Shown here piece after piece: positions 61,834-64,000 of a DNA stretch of 64,000 nt. The position numbers and the translations under genes are program-made. The notes beneath the pieces were generated by a model. The model was not told the DNA's origin and did not search any database. It saw only the letters and a program-made list of their open reading frames with translations. Where the stretch lies: the NCBI GenBank assembly GCA_011109175.1, contig RDEW01000010.1:1020796-1084795 (forward strand). Direction: 5' to 3'. Source of the DNA: Dicyema japonicum. Its lineage: Eukaryota > Animalia > Dicyemida. Numbering within the stretch: the stretch's first letter is position 1; every line of letters starts with the position of its first letter.

Positions 61834-64000
61834 TCTGACTGTTAACAACCACTAAGAAAATCACATCAAAAATAAAAAAGGTTAAAATAATTTTTTTTAA
61901 TAAATTAAATCCACTAAATAAATAATTATTACAACCAGACTAGCTTGCCATACAATAACCAACTGGCGCGCTAAAAAGCTTTGATGTACCCGACAGGCTC
62001 GTAGCGTGTATTGCTAATGGCGGTACTTTGAAGTTTTACAACAAATAAATTCGATAGAAAATCAATCATATCAAAAGCAAAACAATGAAAACTGCATGCA
62101 TTCAAACACCAAAACAAATTTACAAGAACAAGCTAAGCGCTGTGGGGAATTACGTAAAACATGTAGAGAAATGGTATAATAGGGCGAAATATAAGGAATA
62201 CCATAAATGCGTAAACTTAGTGGACGAGGGATACCTTGAAAGGAAAATGATTAATAAGCGGCGATATTAATATAAATGATTCAAATTAGAATAGGCAATT
62301 AATTAAAGGACGGCGGCACATTATGAAATCTTCAAAGGCCCCGGCATTAAGTGCTTTCTTTGTACCGCCGATATAATCTCCATATAATACATTTTACCCT
62401 TGCCTTTGTTAAACTTAGTCATCTCTCATTTCATCCCCGCCTCGAATGATATGACTAAAATAGTAATAAATCATCAAAGGAATTTTAAATAGAGGCTTAT
62501 TAATAATTCCACTCGAAAATAATGAATTATGGAAATTTGGTTGCTATCACAGCAAATTGCACGTAAATTATTCTGCACGGAATCACAAACAAGTATTAAT
62601 AAATTTATAGATTTTGTGTCAATTTAATGAAAAATCTTAAATATGAGATAAATTCTAAATTCGTCGACTAAGCCGACAGAGCCTACTGAACTGTAATTGT
62701 GTTATGCTCTTTGCCTTCTTTAATTCCCTAGAGGCATCTTGGGATCCACCTAAGTTAGGAGACCCTCATGGCCGTATCCAAAAACGGTCTCTCTTTTCCA
62801 TATTCCAGTGGAGGCGTTCAGTAAGATGACGAACATAGATGGACCTGATGCTTTGAAAGGATGCGTCCGACTCCGACTGGGGGAGGTATTTCAGATATAT
62901 CAGGGGATATTAATTCCTTTGAAACGAAGCTTCAAATTAATTAGTTACAATTTATTTAATATTTTTGACAGTCTGTGATGTCAATATAATTGTCTTCAAT
63001 ATTTTGAGTCAACAAGAATTCATTATGCAACCTTCTAATTCAAGGACAGAATGCATTGATGTGGAATATTACAACGATTGACTTCTTCAAAGGCAATCCC
63101 ACCTAAAGTTGTACATTTCAATCAATTGTCAACAAATTCACGAGAAATATGACATTTGACTATTTTAACATTACATCATTAACAACTGAATGTACCCTCG
63201 GGATTAAATCGATTTGCGTTTCCCCCAATGGGAGAGTCGTTCGAATTTTGCTTGAGGCTTTTCTACGAGAATTTTATTTTCCATTTTTCGTGTTTTGAGA
63301 TCCATTCACCTCTCTTAGTGGCTAGGGACCTATACCTGTAACAATGCTCTTGGGTTCGATTTTCCTCTGTCGACTTATCGAAGGTTCACTTCCTATGCTT
63401 CGTGCCTTTCTTCGTTCATTTAGCGTCAAGGGATCCACCTGTCTCAGGAGGTGCCCAGTGGCAGGATAGGATCAGAAAGGATCATTTGCTCTCTCTAACT
63501 CTACTGGATTATTTCATGGAGAGCTTTCGACAACCGAGGTTTTTGAAGGACTAGCCACACTCAGAAGCCATGAGGTCCGTGGAAACCCAATGCTTTATCC
63601 AGGTGGGAGGCAACATCACATCAAGTCGGCAGGGATTAATTGAACTTAATGATAATTTTTACTAAATTATCATTTTGTAAAAATAATGAGATTTTTGATT
63701 AAAAATAGTCGAATTGATTCTATTGGTATGCAGAAAATCGACTTGAGAATAACAGTGCCAATCTTTACCGTAGCGTGGACTATACGAAATGGTTACATGT
63801 TCTGCTCTTTGCCTTCTTCGATTCCTTAGAGGCGTCCTAAGATTCATCTAACTTAGGAGACACTAATTGCCTGGTCGGCATCCGAAAATGGTCTTTCTTT
63901 TCCTATTCCAGTGGAGGGGTACGGTAAGGAGATGGGTGGACTTGATGTCTGAAAGGATGCCCCTCTTTCCGACCAAGGGAAGTGGATAAAACCTGTTTCA

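Noticed and set aside
1-64000. Prokaryotic systems (CRISPR arrays, operons, defence islands), rRNA or tRNA genes
   Set aside because: No repeat-spacer array or recognisable structural RNA gene was seen, and the genes are intron-containing metazoan genes.

Overview
AT-rich animal (metazoan) genomic DNA with extremely short spliceosomal introns (mostly 22-29 nt). This intron size plus ciliary genes best fits a reduced ciliated parasite such as a dicyemid; that is an inference. Four conserved genes sit as two tail-to-tail pairs: junctophilin (+) with a MAK/ICK kinase (-) at 10-14 kb, and ARMC3 (+) with a miniature Axin (-) at 57-62 kb. The rest is nested, decayed transposons: RTE-like, I/Jockey-like, CRE-like and R4/Dong-like non-LTR elements, plus pogo/Tigger, hAT, Ginger and Merlin. 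Two things are not explained by the ORF track. (1) A cluster of 5 genes plus one orphan promoter of a two-exon family encoding ~128-aa predicted secreted 4-Cys helical proteins, with a furin-type site in the intact copies and a conserved TATA-like promoter; I recognise no homologue. (2) A diverse family of ~270-350 bp (TAA)n-tailed, apparently structured retroposons with more than 12 copies or ends. TE boundaries are approximate. The assembly appears to have homopolymer indels, so some pseudogene calls are provisional.
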